Shown here one piece after another: positions 1 to 8,825 of a stretch of 64,000 bases of DNA. The DNA lies in the NCBI GenBank assembly GCA_023380635.1, contig JAMCRP010000001.1, positions 247,911 through 311,910 of the forward strand, in the 5' to 3' direction. Under the pieces are notes generated by a model that did no database searches, was not told the DNA's origin, and saw nothing but the letters and a program-made list of their open reading frames with translations. Positions within the stretch are counted from its first letter, which is position 1. Every line of letters starts with the position of its first letter. The position numbers were made by a program, and so were the translations under genes. Source of the DNA: Patescibacteria group bacterium (GTDB lineage Bacteria; Patescibacteriota; Microgenomatia; JAMCZE01).

Positions 1-888
1 CTTAACTTCATCGTATATCCGGCCCAAATATTCTCCGATAACTCCCAAAATAAGCAGCTGGATTCCACCGATAAATAGAGTGGAAACCAATGGTGACGCC
101 CACCCTAAAACGGCCGTTCCTGCTACTAGTTTAGCGTATAAAACATCGACAATTACCAGGAAAGCAAAGATGGAAACGGCAAACCCGATATAAGTCGCCA
201 GTCGAAGCGGCACATAGGAAAAAGAGAAAATTGCGTCAAAAGCCATTTTTGCCAGCTTTGCAAAATTCTGAGACTGCTTGCCAGCAAACCGCGGCGGTTT
301 TTCATATTCCTGGCCCAACTGTTTAAAGCCTACCCAGGTGCGCAAGGCCGGAATAAAGCGGTTCCGTTCCGGAAGACTTAGCAGGGCTTCCACAACTGGC
401 CGGCGCATCACCGCAAAAATTCCAACGTTGCGAGGAATGGTAATGGAGGACAATCGGCACATCAAAAAATAATAGAGACCAAACAAAAGTTTTCTTATCG
501 GGGGATCACGACGGACTTTCGAAACGCCGTAGACCACATCATAGTCCTCAGCAATCTTTTCCAGCATTTTTCCCAAAACTTCCGGCGGATCTTGTAGGTC
601 CGCATCAATTGTCGCAACCACTTCCCCCTTCGCTTGAGCCAGACCGGCCATAACCGCCGCCTGCTGGCCAAAGTTTCGTGACAAATTTATTACCTTAACT
701 TTCTTGTCCTTACCGTTCAACTCTCGAAGAATTTCGGGAGATTTATCCCGGCTGGCATCATTAACAAAAATCAGTTCGTACTCTTTTCCTTGTTTGTCCA
801 AAACTTCACGCAGTTGCTTATAGAGCTCTGTCAGATTTCCTTCTTCGTTGTAGACCGGGATGACAATAGAAGTCTGAACTTTGCTCAT
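1..888 (-). CDS. GT2-family polyprenol-phosphate glycosyltransferase (DPM1/ArnC-like); partial, C-terminus runs off the window start
   Basis: My own translation of the minus strand from the ATG at 888 gives MSKVQTSIVIPVYNEEGNL...ATIDADLQDPPE, which carries the N-terminal GT2 motifs, followed by C-terminal hydrophobic TM segments down to position 1. It is absent from the ORF track because it has no stop in the window. It shares a 4-nt ATGA overlap with the upstream ORF 885..1781. Confidence 0.8.
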   Translation of the reverse strand, partial: MSKVQTSIVIPVYNEEGNLTELYKQLREVLDKQGKEYELIFVNDASRDKSPEILRELNGKDKKVKVINLSRNFGQQAAVMAGLAQAKGEVVATIDADLQDPPEVLGKMLEKIAEDYDVVYGVSKVRRDPPIRKLLFGLYYFLMCRLSSITIPRNVGIFAVMRRPVVEALLSLPERNRFIPALRTWVGFKQLGQEYEKPPRFAGKQSQNFAKLAKMAFDAIFSFSYVPLRLATYIGFAVSIFAFLVIVDVLYAKLVAGTAVLGWASPLVSTLFIGGIQLLILGVIGEYLGRIYDEVK

Positions 889-1781
889 CGGAATCTCCTT
901 TTTAACTTATGACTAAATAACTTCAGCGGATTTTTCGTATCTTTCATTTGCTCAGTAAAAAGCCAATATTTGTAGTCTCTGCTGCTTTGCAAAAACTGTC
1001 TATTACAATCATTCAAGGAAACGTCTCGCTGCCAAAAACCCTTCCTTTCCCATATTTTAGCGAAAGTTACCTCCATATAGAAAGCCATGAGAAGCGCTAA
1101 AACCAATCCATGCAGACCGTCTCTGTAACCCTGGCCAAAAAAATAGCGGCTTAAAAATTCATCAGTGGGCATTTTAATGGCATCTCTCCAGGTGATTTCT
1201 TTGCTTTCGGAAATTAATTTTTCCGCCTCCCGAGTCGTGTAACTGTCAAATCGCAACAAAAAGTCAGAAACCGTTACCCAATTGAGATGGAGAATAGCAT
1301 TTTCCAGTTGGCCGATATTTCCGTCAACCTCCAGTTCTTCATGGACATGTTTGGCAGGAAACTTCGCCTTACCATTCTTAAAGAGCCGCAATTGCCAATC
1401 TGGGTACCACCGACTGTTCTCGATCCATTTGCCAAAAATAATATTTTTGCGGGGAACCCGGTAGGCTGTGGCTTGCGGGTCAGAAATTACTCTCCCTATT
1501 TCTTCCTGGAGCTCTGGCGTTATCCGTTCATCCGCATCGAGACTGAAAATCCAATCTCCAAGGCATTTTTCAAAGGCCAGGTTCATGTTCTTCTTCATGA
1601 GCGGCTGATTGGGAACAACGAAAACCTTTGCCTTCAGTTGTTTGGCAATTTTTACGGTATTGTCTGAAGAAGTACCGTCGACGACCACCACTTCATCGGC
1701 GAAGCGAGCGCTTTCCAAACATTCTTTGATATGTTTTTCTTCGTTAAAAGTGACAATAGCGATGGAAATTTTTGGTTTCAT
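885..1781 (-). CDS. GT2-family glycosyltransferase
   Basis: The N-terminus ISIAIVTFNEE...VVVDGTSSDNT...SLDADE is a typical GT2 (WcaA-like) catalytic domain. It overlaps both neighbours by 4 nt. Confidence 0.8.
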   Translation of the reverse strand: MKPKISIAIVTFNEEKHIKECLESARFADEVVVVDGTSSDNTVKIAKQLKAKVFVVPNQPLMKKNMNLAFEKCLGDWIFSLDADERITPELQEEIGRVISDPQATAYRVPRKNIIFGKWIENSRWYPDWQLRLFKNGKAKFPAKHVHEELEVDGNIGQLENAILHLNWVTVSDFLLRFDSYTTREAEKLISESKEITWRDAIKMPTDEFLSRYFFGQGYRDGLHGLVLALLMAFYMEVTFAKIWERKGFWQRDVSLNDCNRQFLQSSRDYKYWLFTEQMKDTKNPLKLFSHKLKRRFR

Positions 1782-3235
1782 TTGCGATAAGCTTTAAGAA
1801 AAATTCCAAAATTCTCCATAATCTCTTTCCTGTCAATCATAAAAGAGACTCCCGCAAAGATTATAGCCCCAGTTATCCCGGCTAACAAAATTCCAACAAT
1901 ACCGGAAGCTACTCTTAAAATTAAAAACATTCCCAGGCCCATGACCACTGACGAAAAGGTAGGCTTCCAGATTGGCTTAACAAAGCTAAATTCAATGTGC
2001 CTTTTTAAGAGATATCCGGTATACACCACGGTTAGAGCGACCACAAACGAAGCCATAGAGATTCCAGTGAACCCAAATTTTCCAACCAGGACAATGGTAA
2101 AGCCCCAGGTTAGAGCAATCCATAAAATCATTAGGCCAAGAGTAGTTTTGACCCGGCCGGTAGCATCCAAAGCATTGACCAAAACATTAGAAATTGCCGA
2201 CAACCCCGCTCCCAGGCAAAGAAAATAAAACGAGGGCAGAGCTGCTTCCCATTTAGCATACTTGGGAATGACATAAATTATCGGCTGGATTAGAAAAATC
2301 ATCCCGGTCAGAATGGGAAAGAGGACAAAACTCACGGCAAAAAGCGATTTTTCAATTCCCTTGCGCAAGGTCTCTTGTTCATGCTGAACACGAGCATAGG
2401 CCGGAAAAGTTACCCGAGTCACACTGTCCACAATTAACCGGAAAGGGCTGTAGGCCCAACGCTGGGCCCAACCCCAATATCCTACGCCTTCCGTCCCCAC
2501 CCAGCCGGTTAAAAAAACTGTCAGAAGATTATCTTTGATAACCGCCAAAACGCTTTTCCCCTGATAAGCAATGCCATACGACAGAAGCGCCCGGGCCTTA
2601 TGTCTGGCTATGCCAAATCTCACCTTCCACGGCGATAAAATATAGTACAACGGCAGCCCGACAAGAGCTGAAACCAAAATGGCCCAGGAATAGGAATCAA
2701 TTTCGAAGCCTCTGTAAGCCAAAACCACTACCAGGACATTAAAAACCGACGACTCGACGATTTGCGGAATGACCTGGACATCAAACGCCAGTTTCCGTTC
2801 CAGCAGCAAGGATGGCAGGGCTTTTAAGGAAGAAATAAATAGGGTTATTAAAAGAACATGATATAAAAATATGCCTTGAGAGTTTAGATGGGCATAGCCC
2901 GCGATATATCTGGTAACCAAGAATCCGACGACAACCGCCGCCGTGACCAAAATCTCCTGAATAGTAAATGTTGTCCGTAAGTCGTCTTCGTCAAGTTCTT
3001 CTTTTTTTTGAATTAAAGCCGCTCCCAACCCCACATCGGTAAAAATAGTAAAAATTTGCAGCAGAGCGTTGACGGCAATAAAAACACCAATTGCCGATGG
3101 GGACAAGAAAATCCCCAGAAAAAAGAAAGCCACCAAGGAAACAGCCTGCAATAAAACTGTCCGACCGATCAGGGCGACCACACTTCTAATGGTTTTTCCT
3201 TTGATATCTTCCAACTCCATAAATTCCGATTCCAA
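1778..3235 (-). CDS. polysaccharide biosynthesis protein / Wzx-like oligosaccharide flippase
   Basis: The 485-aa protein is polytopic with about 12-14 TM helices and has a MOP/Wzx-family profile. It lies in the same operon as the GT2 genes. Confidence 0.7.
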   Translation of the reverse strand: MESEFMELEDIKGKTIRSVVALIGRTVLLQAVSLVAFFFLGIFLSPSAIGVFIAVNALLQIFTIFTDVGLGAALIQKKEELDEDDLRTTFTIQEILVTAAVVVGFLVTRYIAGYAHLNSQGIFLYHVLLITLFISSLKALPSLLLERKLAFDVQVIPQIVESSVFNVLVVVLAYRGFEIDSYSWAILVSALVGLPLYYILSPWKVRFGIARHKARALLSYGIAYQGKSVLAVIKDNLLTVFLTGWVGTEGVGYWGWAQRWAYSPFRLIVDSVTRVTFPAYARVQHEQETLRKGIEKSLFAVSFVLFPILTGMIFLIQPIIYVIPKYAKWEAALPSFYFLCLGAGLSAISNVLVNALDATGRVKTTLGLMILWIALTWGFTIVLVGKFGFTGISMASFVVALTVVYTGYLLKRHIEFSFVKPIWKPTFSSVVMGLGMFLILRVASGIVGILLAGITGAIIFAGVSFMIDRKEIMENFGIFLKAYRK

Positions 3236-4826
3236 GGATAAACGCTAGAGAAATCGCGTTTCCCGCAACCCGCGGCCAGGTATTAGTAAATATACCATTA
3301 ATAGTGTGGTTTCCGGCAGATATGTCAACCGTAATCAATTTATACGGATTGTCATCAGTAATAGGAACTTCTCGGCCGTCAACGGATATTTTCCAGCCGG
3401 GGAAATTGGTTATTTGCGGCTGAAAAACCGCATTGTCACTGAAATTGCCGGTCACAGAAAAACTGTCAGGATTCCAATAATTCACATTCACATTACCGTT
3501 ATTAATTTCAAATTTCGAATTTCGAATTTCAAATTGATTAATATCCACCCACACTACCCCTTTATCATTGATGTAAGTCGCAACTCCTTTCGGCATAAAT
3601 TCAAAAGACGACCCGCTGATGTCCCATTTGACATATTTATCCGTCAGTAGTTGGTTATCAGAAACCGGAATATAGCGTTGCGGGACAAAATATTTCCCCT
3701 GAACAAAAATTACCGCGGCGATCAGGGGAACGGCCAGCCAGAGTTTTTTACCAATAAACCCGGCCAGAAGAGCCGCAAACAAAACTACAAATTCCAGAAA
3801 GCGCCAGGGAAACTGCAGGTACCAAAGCGGGGAAATCCGGTCCCAAAGAAAACGGGAATAGTCGGTAGTCATGAAAAGCGAAAACGCCAGTAAAACCCAT
3901 ACTAAAAGCGCTTTTCTATTTCTCCAAAGCAAGGCAGCCACCAAGGAAACTAAAATTACTAACCAGGATATTTTTCCCAGCGCGAAAGACATTCCGTCAA
4001 AACAACCGGCCACCGAGCCGCCAAAACCCCAGGGACTGTTCCAAAGCTGCGCCGGACAGACAAAATGAATCTGATAGGAGGCTAGATTTTTAATCAGCAA
4101 CTGGTCAACCAGAGTAAATTGCTTTTCCGCCAGTTCCGGCAACCAAAAAAAGGCGGTTAAACCAAAGGCAATAATCGGCGAAAGAAGAAGAGATTTCCGG
4201 CTGAAAACCAAAGCCCAGACGGCAAAGAAAACCATGTACGGCAGAAAAATGAGGTTGTGGGTAATCATTAACAATCCCAATAGGATCCCGGCCAAAACCG
4301 GGCGTTTTTTATAAACAGCTAAAAGAATTAGCGGCAGCCAAACAAAGGAGAAAAGTTCCGCTAAAGCGCCGCGGATATAGGCGTCAACAGCGTGATATGG
4401 GGCGTATAAATAAAATAACGCGGCAACTGTTCCTCCGGCTCTGCCAAAAAATTCCTTAGCCAAAAAGTACATTGCCAAAGCAGATCCCAAGAGAGCCGTG
4501 AACCAAACCAACTTGATCGAATCAATATATCCCAAACCTGTCAGGTGATAAATCTCTCCAAGGTAATAGGATAAGGGAGGATAAAAATTAAACAGCGGAT
4601 AACCGTAGCCAAAACCCAAGTCTTCTACCCACCTGACGGGAAATTGTCCCCCTTTTAGGGCCTTATCCAACTGCTCAAGCCGAACCACCTGTTGATCGTC
4701 ATGCATGGAAAAATAGCCGGGCGACAGGAGGGGTTTCCAGGTGAAATAGGAGAGGAAAAGAATTAGAATTACTGGAAGAAATGTGGCAACGCGTGAAAAA
4801 ATTTTGGACACGAGTTCATTATACAA
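3186..4826 (-). CDS. PTPS-related-domain (PF10131-like) polytopic membrane protein, putative GT-C glycosyltransferase
   Basis: The N-terminus FSMHDD...GQFPVRWVEDLGFGYGYPLFNFYPPLSYYLGE matches the signature of the 6-pyruvoyl-tetrahydropterin-synthase-related membrane protein family. A paralog lies at 14320..15795. There is a C-terminal soluble domain. Confidence 0.65.
   Translation of the reverse strand: MYNELVSKIFSRVATFLPVILILFLSYFTWKPLLSPGYFSMHDDQQVVRLEQLDKALKGGQFPVRWVEDLGFGYGYPLFNFYPPLSYYLGEIYHLTGLGYIDSIKLVWFTALLGSALAMYFLAKEFFGRAGGTVAALFYLYAPYHAVDAYIRGALAELFSFVWLPLILLAVYKKRPVLAGILLGLLMITHNLIFLPYMVFFAVWALVFSRKSLLLSPIIAFGLTAFFWLPELAEKQFTLVDQLLIKNLASYQIHFVCPAQLWNSPWGFGGSVAGCFDGMSFALGKISWLVILVSLVAALLWRNRKALLVWVLLAFSLFMTTDYSRFLWDRISPLWYLQFPWRFLEFVVLFAALLAGFIGKKLWLAVPLIAAVIFVQGKYFVPQRYIPVSDNQLLTDKYVKWDISGSSFEFMPKGVATYINDKGVVWVDINQFEIRNSKFEINNGNVNVNYWNPDSFSVTGNFSDNAVFQPQITNFPGWKISVDGREVPITDDNPYKLITVDISAGNHTINGIFTNTWPRVAGNAISLAFILGIGIYGVGRYQRKNH
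3504..3535. repeat. 7-nt tandem repeat (AATTTCR)x4.5 inside CDS 3186..4826
   Basis: The units are aatttca aatttcg aatttcg aatttca aatt. The copy number is not a multiple of 3, so slippage would shift the frame. Confidence 0.6.
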
Positions 4827-6187
4827 AATTACTTGTAGTTACCGCACTAACGACGATAGCTGTTCTTTTTTCTCCGAGACAAATATTGGCCACCGGAAAC
4901 CAGCCTCACTACACTCTAATTATTAATCAAGTCCGCGGTTCGGAGTGTTACGATGCGGGAAATATTGATTTTCTAAAACAGCAACTGCAAACCTTGGAAC
5001 AGAAGAACTTGCCAGCCACTTTTGCCGTGCGCTTTGACGCTTTGAATGACGGACAATATCTTTCGGTCCTTAACGATGCTAAAAATAAAGGTTTTGAAAT
5101 GGCGGGGTTCCTGGAAATTACCCCACTTTTAGCCTCCGAAAGCGGGGTAGTTTATCATGGTGATGTCCAAAAATGGTATCAACCGGGAAATCTATATTTA
5201 CTTGGCTACTCTCCCGATGACAGAAAGAAATTGATTGACACCTACATGGCCGGCTTCAAGAAAGCTTTTGGCGGTTTTCCAAAAACCACCGTTTCCTGGA
5301 TTATCGATGCCTATTCGCTGCAATATTTAAGCGACAAATATCACATTCAGGCGCACGAAATAACCCGGGACCAGTGGGGAACCGACCGGCTCACTCTTTA
5401 TGGCGGCCCTGAGCATTACCCTTATGTTCCCAGCCCCAATTGGCCAATAATTCCGGCCACCGGTAGCGCTGTCACTTCTCCGCTGATAATCCGTCAGACA
5501 ATCTCTGATCCGGTGGAAAATTATGGCGATCCGACCAATTCTCACACTTCCCAGCCGAACGACTTTATGCGCCGAACGACGAACTTTGCTTATTTCCAAT
5601 ATCTTTTTGACCAAGCCCATGCCCAAGATTTAAACGACTACACGATTGCCGTTATTGGATTGGAAAACTCTATGGAGGCAAAATATCAGCAGATGTTTTC
5701 CTGGCAGCTCGAATATGTCAGCCAGTGGCGGAAAAAAGATTCAAATAATCAAGTTGTCACCGCGCAAAATTTTCCTTTCAACAAGAAGCAGCCATTATTT
5801 ACTGTCTACGAGGGAAATATTTTTAAAGACCGCTCCTCACGAGCCTGGTGGATAAATACCAATGCCTACCGGATCCGCCTGCGCCTGGCTGGCGGCCGGT
5901 TATTTATCAGCGATTTACGAGTTTACGATTCGAACCTGATCGACCCTTACTCATCACGAACGGCAGTTGGAAGCGCCTCCTGGATTGTCCCCTTTATTGT
6001 GGACAGTTCACGCTGGCCTAACCATCTCCTTGATCCTATCCCTGATGATCAGAAATCGGCGGGTATTGAGTTAAGAAATAATATTACCGATGCCCAAAAA
6101 TACTCCCTGGAAAAAGAAGGGGAGTATAAACTTGTCTTGTATGACGATGCATGTTGCCGTTGCCGTCTTTTCTCCTCAGTGGTTTGA
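4781..6187 (+). CDS. exported hypothetical protein (N-terminal signal anchor), apparently interrupted by a frameshift
   Basis: The 468-aa ORF has an N-terminal TM (LLVVTALTTIAVLF) and I recognise no domain. It ends in non-protein-like sequence (DDACCRCRLFSSVV), while an open +1 frame (6075..6632) continues to a GTGA overlap with the next gene. Confidence 0.6.
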   Translation: MWQRVKKFWTRVHYTKLLVVTALTTIAVLFSPRQILATGNQPHYTLIINQVRGSECYDAGNIDFLKQQLQTLEQKNLPATFAVRFDALNDGQYLSVLNDAKNKGFEMAGFLEITPLLASESGVVYHGDVQKWYQPGNLYLLGYSPDDRKKLIDTYMAGFKKAFGGFPKTTVSWIIDAYSLQYLSDKYHIQAHEITRDQWGTDRLTLYGGPEHYPYVPSPNWPIIPATGSAVTSPLIIRQTISDPVENYGDPTNSHTSQPNDFMRRTTNFAYFQYLFDQAHAQDLNDYTIAVIGLENSMEAKYQQMFSWQLEYVSQWRKKDSNNQVVTAQNFPFNKKQPLFTVYEGNIFKDRSSRAWWINTNAYRIRLRLAGGRLFISDLRVYDSNLIDPYSSRTAVGSASWIVPFIVDSSRWPNHLLDPIPDDQKSAGIELRNNITDAQKYSLEKEGEYKLVLYDDACCRCRLFSSVV

Positions 6188-6632
6188 CTTGCCGGGCAAA
6201 CAGACCATTTCCAAAGAAACGGTTAACAAAGATCCCGCCGCCTATCCGCTCTATCTTTCAAACCTGCCAATAGATCAAAATAAATCCTTTGTCTATGTTA
6301 ACAACCGCTACGCTTTTGTCAGCCGCAATCCGGTCAGACTGATTTTTTATCCACGTGACGCTAATAACAACCCGGCAATAGCACAAATATCCGTTCAAAC
6401 TAGCCCGCAAATCGAAAACATTCAAACCCGTGATCAAGATGATCTTGGCGGGGGAATAATAATTGACCTGCAAAACTCACATCCGCAGAAAACAGAAATA
6501 ATAGTCCAAAGCGGCGGTGAAAATTTTACTCAGACTGTATATTTTGCCCCCAACTGCTCACGAAACCCGCTTTCCTGTCTTAGAAATCCTTGGTATTTCT
6601 GGTGGTATTTACATACAATTAAGCAAAAGTGA
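6075..6632 (+). CDS. probable C-terminal continuation of 4781..6187 after a +1 frame change (pseudogene, assembly error or recoding)
   Basis: Frame 0 is open from 6075. Its translation HVAVAVFSPQWFDLPGKQ...NPWYFWWYLHTIKQK is protein-like. Its stop overlaps the GTG start of the downstream GT39 gene (GTGA at 6629-6632), which implies translational coupling. Confidence 0.5.
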   Translation, partial: EIILPMPKNTPWKKKGSINLSCMTMHVAVAVFSPQWFDLPGKQTISKETVNKDPAAYPLYLSNLPIDQNKSFVYVNNRYAFVSRNPVRLIFYPRDANNNPAIAQISVQTSPQIENIQTRDQDDLGGGIIIDLQNSHPQKTEIIVQSGGENFTQTVYFAPNCSRNPLSCLRNPWYFWWYLHTIKQK

Positions 6633-7936
6633 AGCGCTGGGTTTTCCTCATTATACTTATCGGATTTATTCTAAGAATTTACAACCTGGAAAAATTGGCA
6701 GGAATGGATTTTGATCAAGATGTTGCAGCGTGGTGGATTAAGCAGTTTTTGGTTGATCACAAAATTTCACTAATCGGCCAGGAAATTTCTGTCGGCGGTA
6801 TATACATAGCTCCGTTATTTTTTTATTTCCTATCTATATTTTATTTTGTGTTTCGAATGGATCCCCTGGCGGCAAATATTGCGGTAAGTTTAATTTCGGT
6901 AATCACAATGGTGCTCATCTATAAAGTTGCCAAGTTATTATTTGACGAAAAGGTAGCGGTTATAGCCTTAATTATCTATGCTTTTTCTTTCCAGATAAAT
7001 TTTTACGACCGGACGACTGCTCCTTCAAATTTAATAATGTTACTTAGCCTAACTGTCTTATACTTACTTCTTAACAAAAAGGGCTTATTGCTTGGCCCGG
7101 TCTTGGGACTTACTTTAAGTGTTTCACCCGCAGCAATGGTCCTAATACCCCAAAGTTTGTTTTTTCACTTCAAGAAAAAATTCATTATCCTTGCCATCAT
7201 CGTTCTTTTTGCGTTCCCACTGATCTTCTTTGACATAAGGCACAACTTTATGGTGACAAAAAGAATTTTCCAACTGATATTTTCTGGACAGGCAAAAAAC
7301 GAGAACTATTTCCTGCCAACGAAACTTATCACAAACATCATTACATTAGTTCAAAGCTTTCGCCAGCAAATTCTGCCGTTAATTATATATAACGATTTCG
7401 TTAATGCTTTACTTAATTTAGCTACGACAATTGTAATCACTATTAGTTTTATTAAATCCGGATTTTCCGCATTTCAAAGAAAAATACTTTTTGTTTGGAT
7501 ATTAGTTCCGCTGGCATTTTTTACTTTATACCCGTTCCATGTACCGGAATATTATTTTCTCTCGACATTTCCTGTGGCTATAATCTTCTTCGCCGCATTT
7601 TTATCCCGGATCGATTTCCGGATTATGACATTAATCATTACGGCATTTATGCTGACAAATACGTGGCAGATTGTCAGTAATAAATATGATTTCAGTATGT
7701 ACTATAAAAAACAGGCAATTAAATATATTATTGATAAATCGGGTGGGCAACCATTTAAGGTAAACTACAATATTGTTGCCGGCCAAGATAATGGTTTCAA
7801 ATATCTTTTCTATTGGTCCGGCCACGAGCCATCTATACAGGCTAAAGAGGAGTATATAATAACAGTGCCTTCATATATAGACGATGTGCCGGGAGAAGTG
7901 TTCGGAAAAATTAAAGTTACAACTAAGAATGAATAA
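6629..7936 (+). CDS. GT39/PMT_2-family (ArnT-like) membrane glycosyltransferase
   Basis: GTG start. The N-terminal region (RIYNLEKL...DQDVAAWWIKQFLVDH...GIYIAPLFFYF) matches dolichyl-/undecaprenyl-phosphate-sugar-dependent GT-C (PMT_2) proteins. The protein is polytopic. Confidence 0.7.
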   Translation: MKRWVFLIILIGFILRIYNLEKLAGMDFDQDVAAWWIKQFLVDHKISLIGQEISVGGIYIAPLFFYFLSIFYFVFRMDPLAANIAVSLISVITMVLIYKVAKLLFDEKVAVIALIIYAFSFQINFYDRTTAPSNLIMLLSLTVLYLLLNKKGLLLGPVLGLTLSVSPAAMVLIPQSLFFHFKKKFIILAIIVLFAFPLIFFDIRHNFMVTKRIFQLIFSGQAKNENYFLPTKLITNIITLVQSFRQQILPLIIYNDFVNALLNLATTIVITISFIKSGFSAFQRKILFVWILVPLAFFTLYPFHVPEYYFLSTFPVAIIFFAAFLSRIDFRIMTLIITAFMLTNTWQIVSNKYDFSMYYKKQAIKYIIDKSGGQPFKVNYNIVAGQDNGFKYLFYWSGHEPSIQAKEEYIITVPSYIDDVPGEVFGKIKVTTKNE

Positions 7937-8825
7937 AGACTGTCGTTTCTGTAAATCTAATTCGTTAACACTGCTTTTTTCTTCCACTAAAAAAGCCGGG
8001 GCAAAAAGAAAATATGAAGATTACGCCTGTACCAGTAATTCTTTTGGTATTCATGGCCCGATAGTAAAATGCCAAAACTGCCAAATTATTTATGTTGACG
8101 ATGATTCTTCTCAAAAAGAAATCAGCACTTATTATGAACAATCAACAGACCCAACCTACTTCTCCGAGCAACAGGCCAGAAAAATAACTTTTGAAAAGTA
8201 TCTGGCCAAACTTGAGAAGCAATATCCTCAAAAAGGGAAACTTCTGGACATCGGCACAAACACCGGACTTTTCGTAAAGTTGGCCTTAAACCATGGTTGG
8301 GAAGCCGCCGGCTTAGAACCAAATAAATGGGCTGTGGAGTATGCCAAGAAAAATTATAATATTTCCCTAATCAATAAACCGTTTACTGATAAAATGTTTA
8401 AGCCAGAATCTTTTGACGCCATCACTATGTGGGATGTCATTGAGCACTTTACTGATCCCGTCTCGGAGATTAAGAAAGTTTATTCTTGTCTTAAACCGGG
8501 CGGCGTCTTCGCTTTTTCCACCGTTGATCCGCAAAGTTTCCTGGCAAAAATAATGGGAACCAAATGGTCATGGTATATGGAAATGCACCGCGTTTTCTTT
8601 AGCCGGCAAGCCGCGCAGAAATACCTTGAACAGGCCGGGTTTAGGAAAATAGTGTTTACTTCGCATTGGCGTAACCTTTCTTTGGGCTATCTGGCCACCC
8701 GGCTGGAGGCAGTTAACCCCGCTCTGGAAAAAATTGCCAAACGGTTTGTGGCCGATGCCCATCTGGACCGGACAATCGTGCCATATTACGCCAACGATCT
8801 TTTTGACTGCTATGCGTTTAAATAG
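7929..8825 (+). CDS. class I SAM-dependent methyltransferase with N-terminal CxxC...CxxC zinc ribbon
   Basis: I chose the internal start MNKDCRFCKSN at 7929, which avoids a long overlap. The Zn ribbon is CRFC...CQNC. The Methyltransf_11/23-like core is LLDIGTNTG...WDVIEH...LKPGG. Confidence 0.7.
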   Translation: MNKDCRFCKSNSLTLLFSSTKKAGAKRKYEDYACTSNSFGIHGPIVKCQNCQIIYVDDDSSQKEISTYYEQSTDPTYFSEQQARKITFEKYLAKLEKQYPQKGKLLDIGTNTGLFVKLALNHGWEAAGLEPNKWAVEYAKKNYNISLINKPFTDKMFKPESFDAITMWDVIEHFTDPVSEIKKVYSCLKPGGVFAFSTVDPQSFLAKIMGTKWSWYMEMHRVFFSRQAAQKYLEQAGFRKIVFTSHWRNLSLGYLATRLEAVNPALEKIAKRFVADAHLDRTIVPYYANDLFDCYAFK

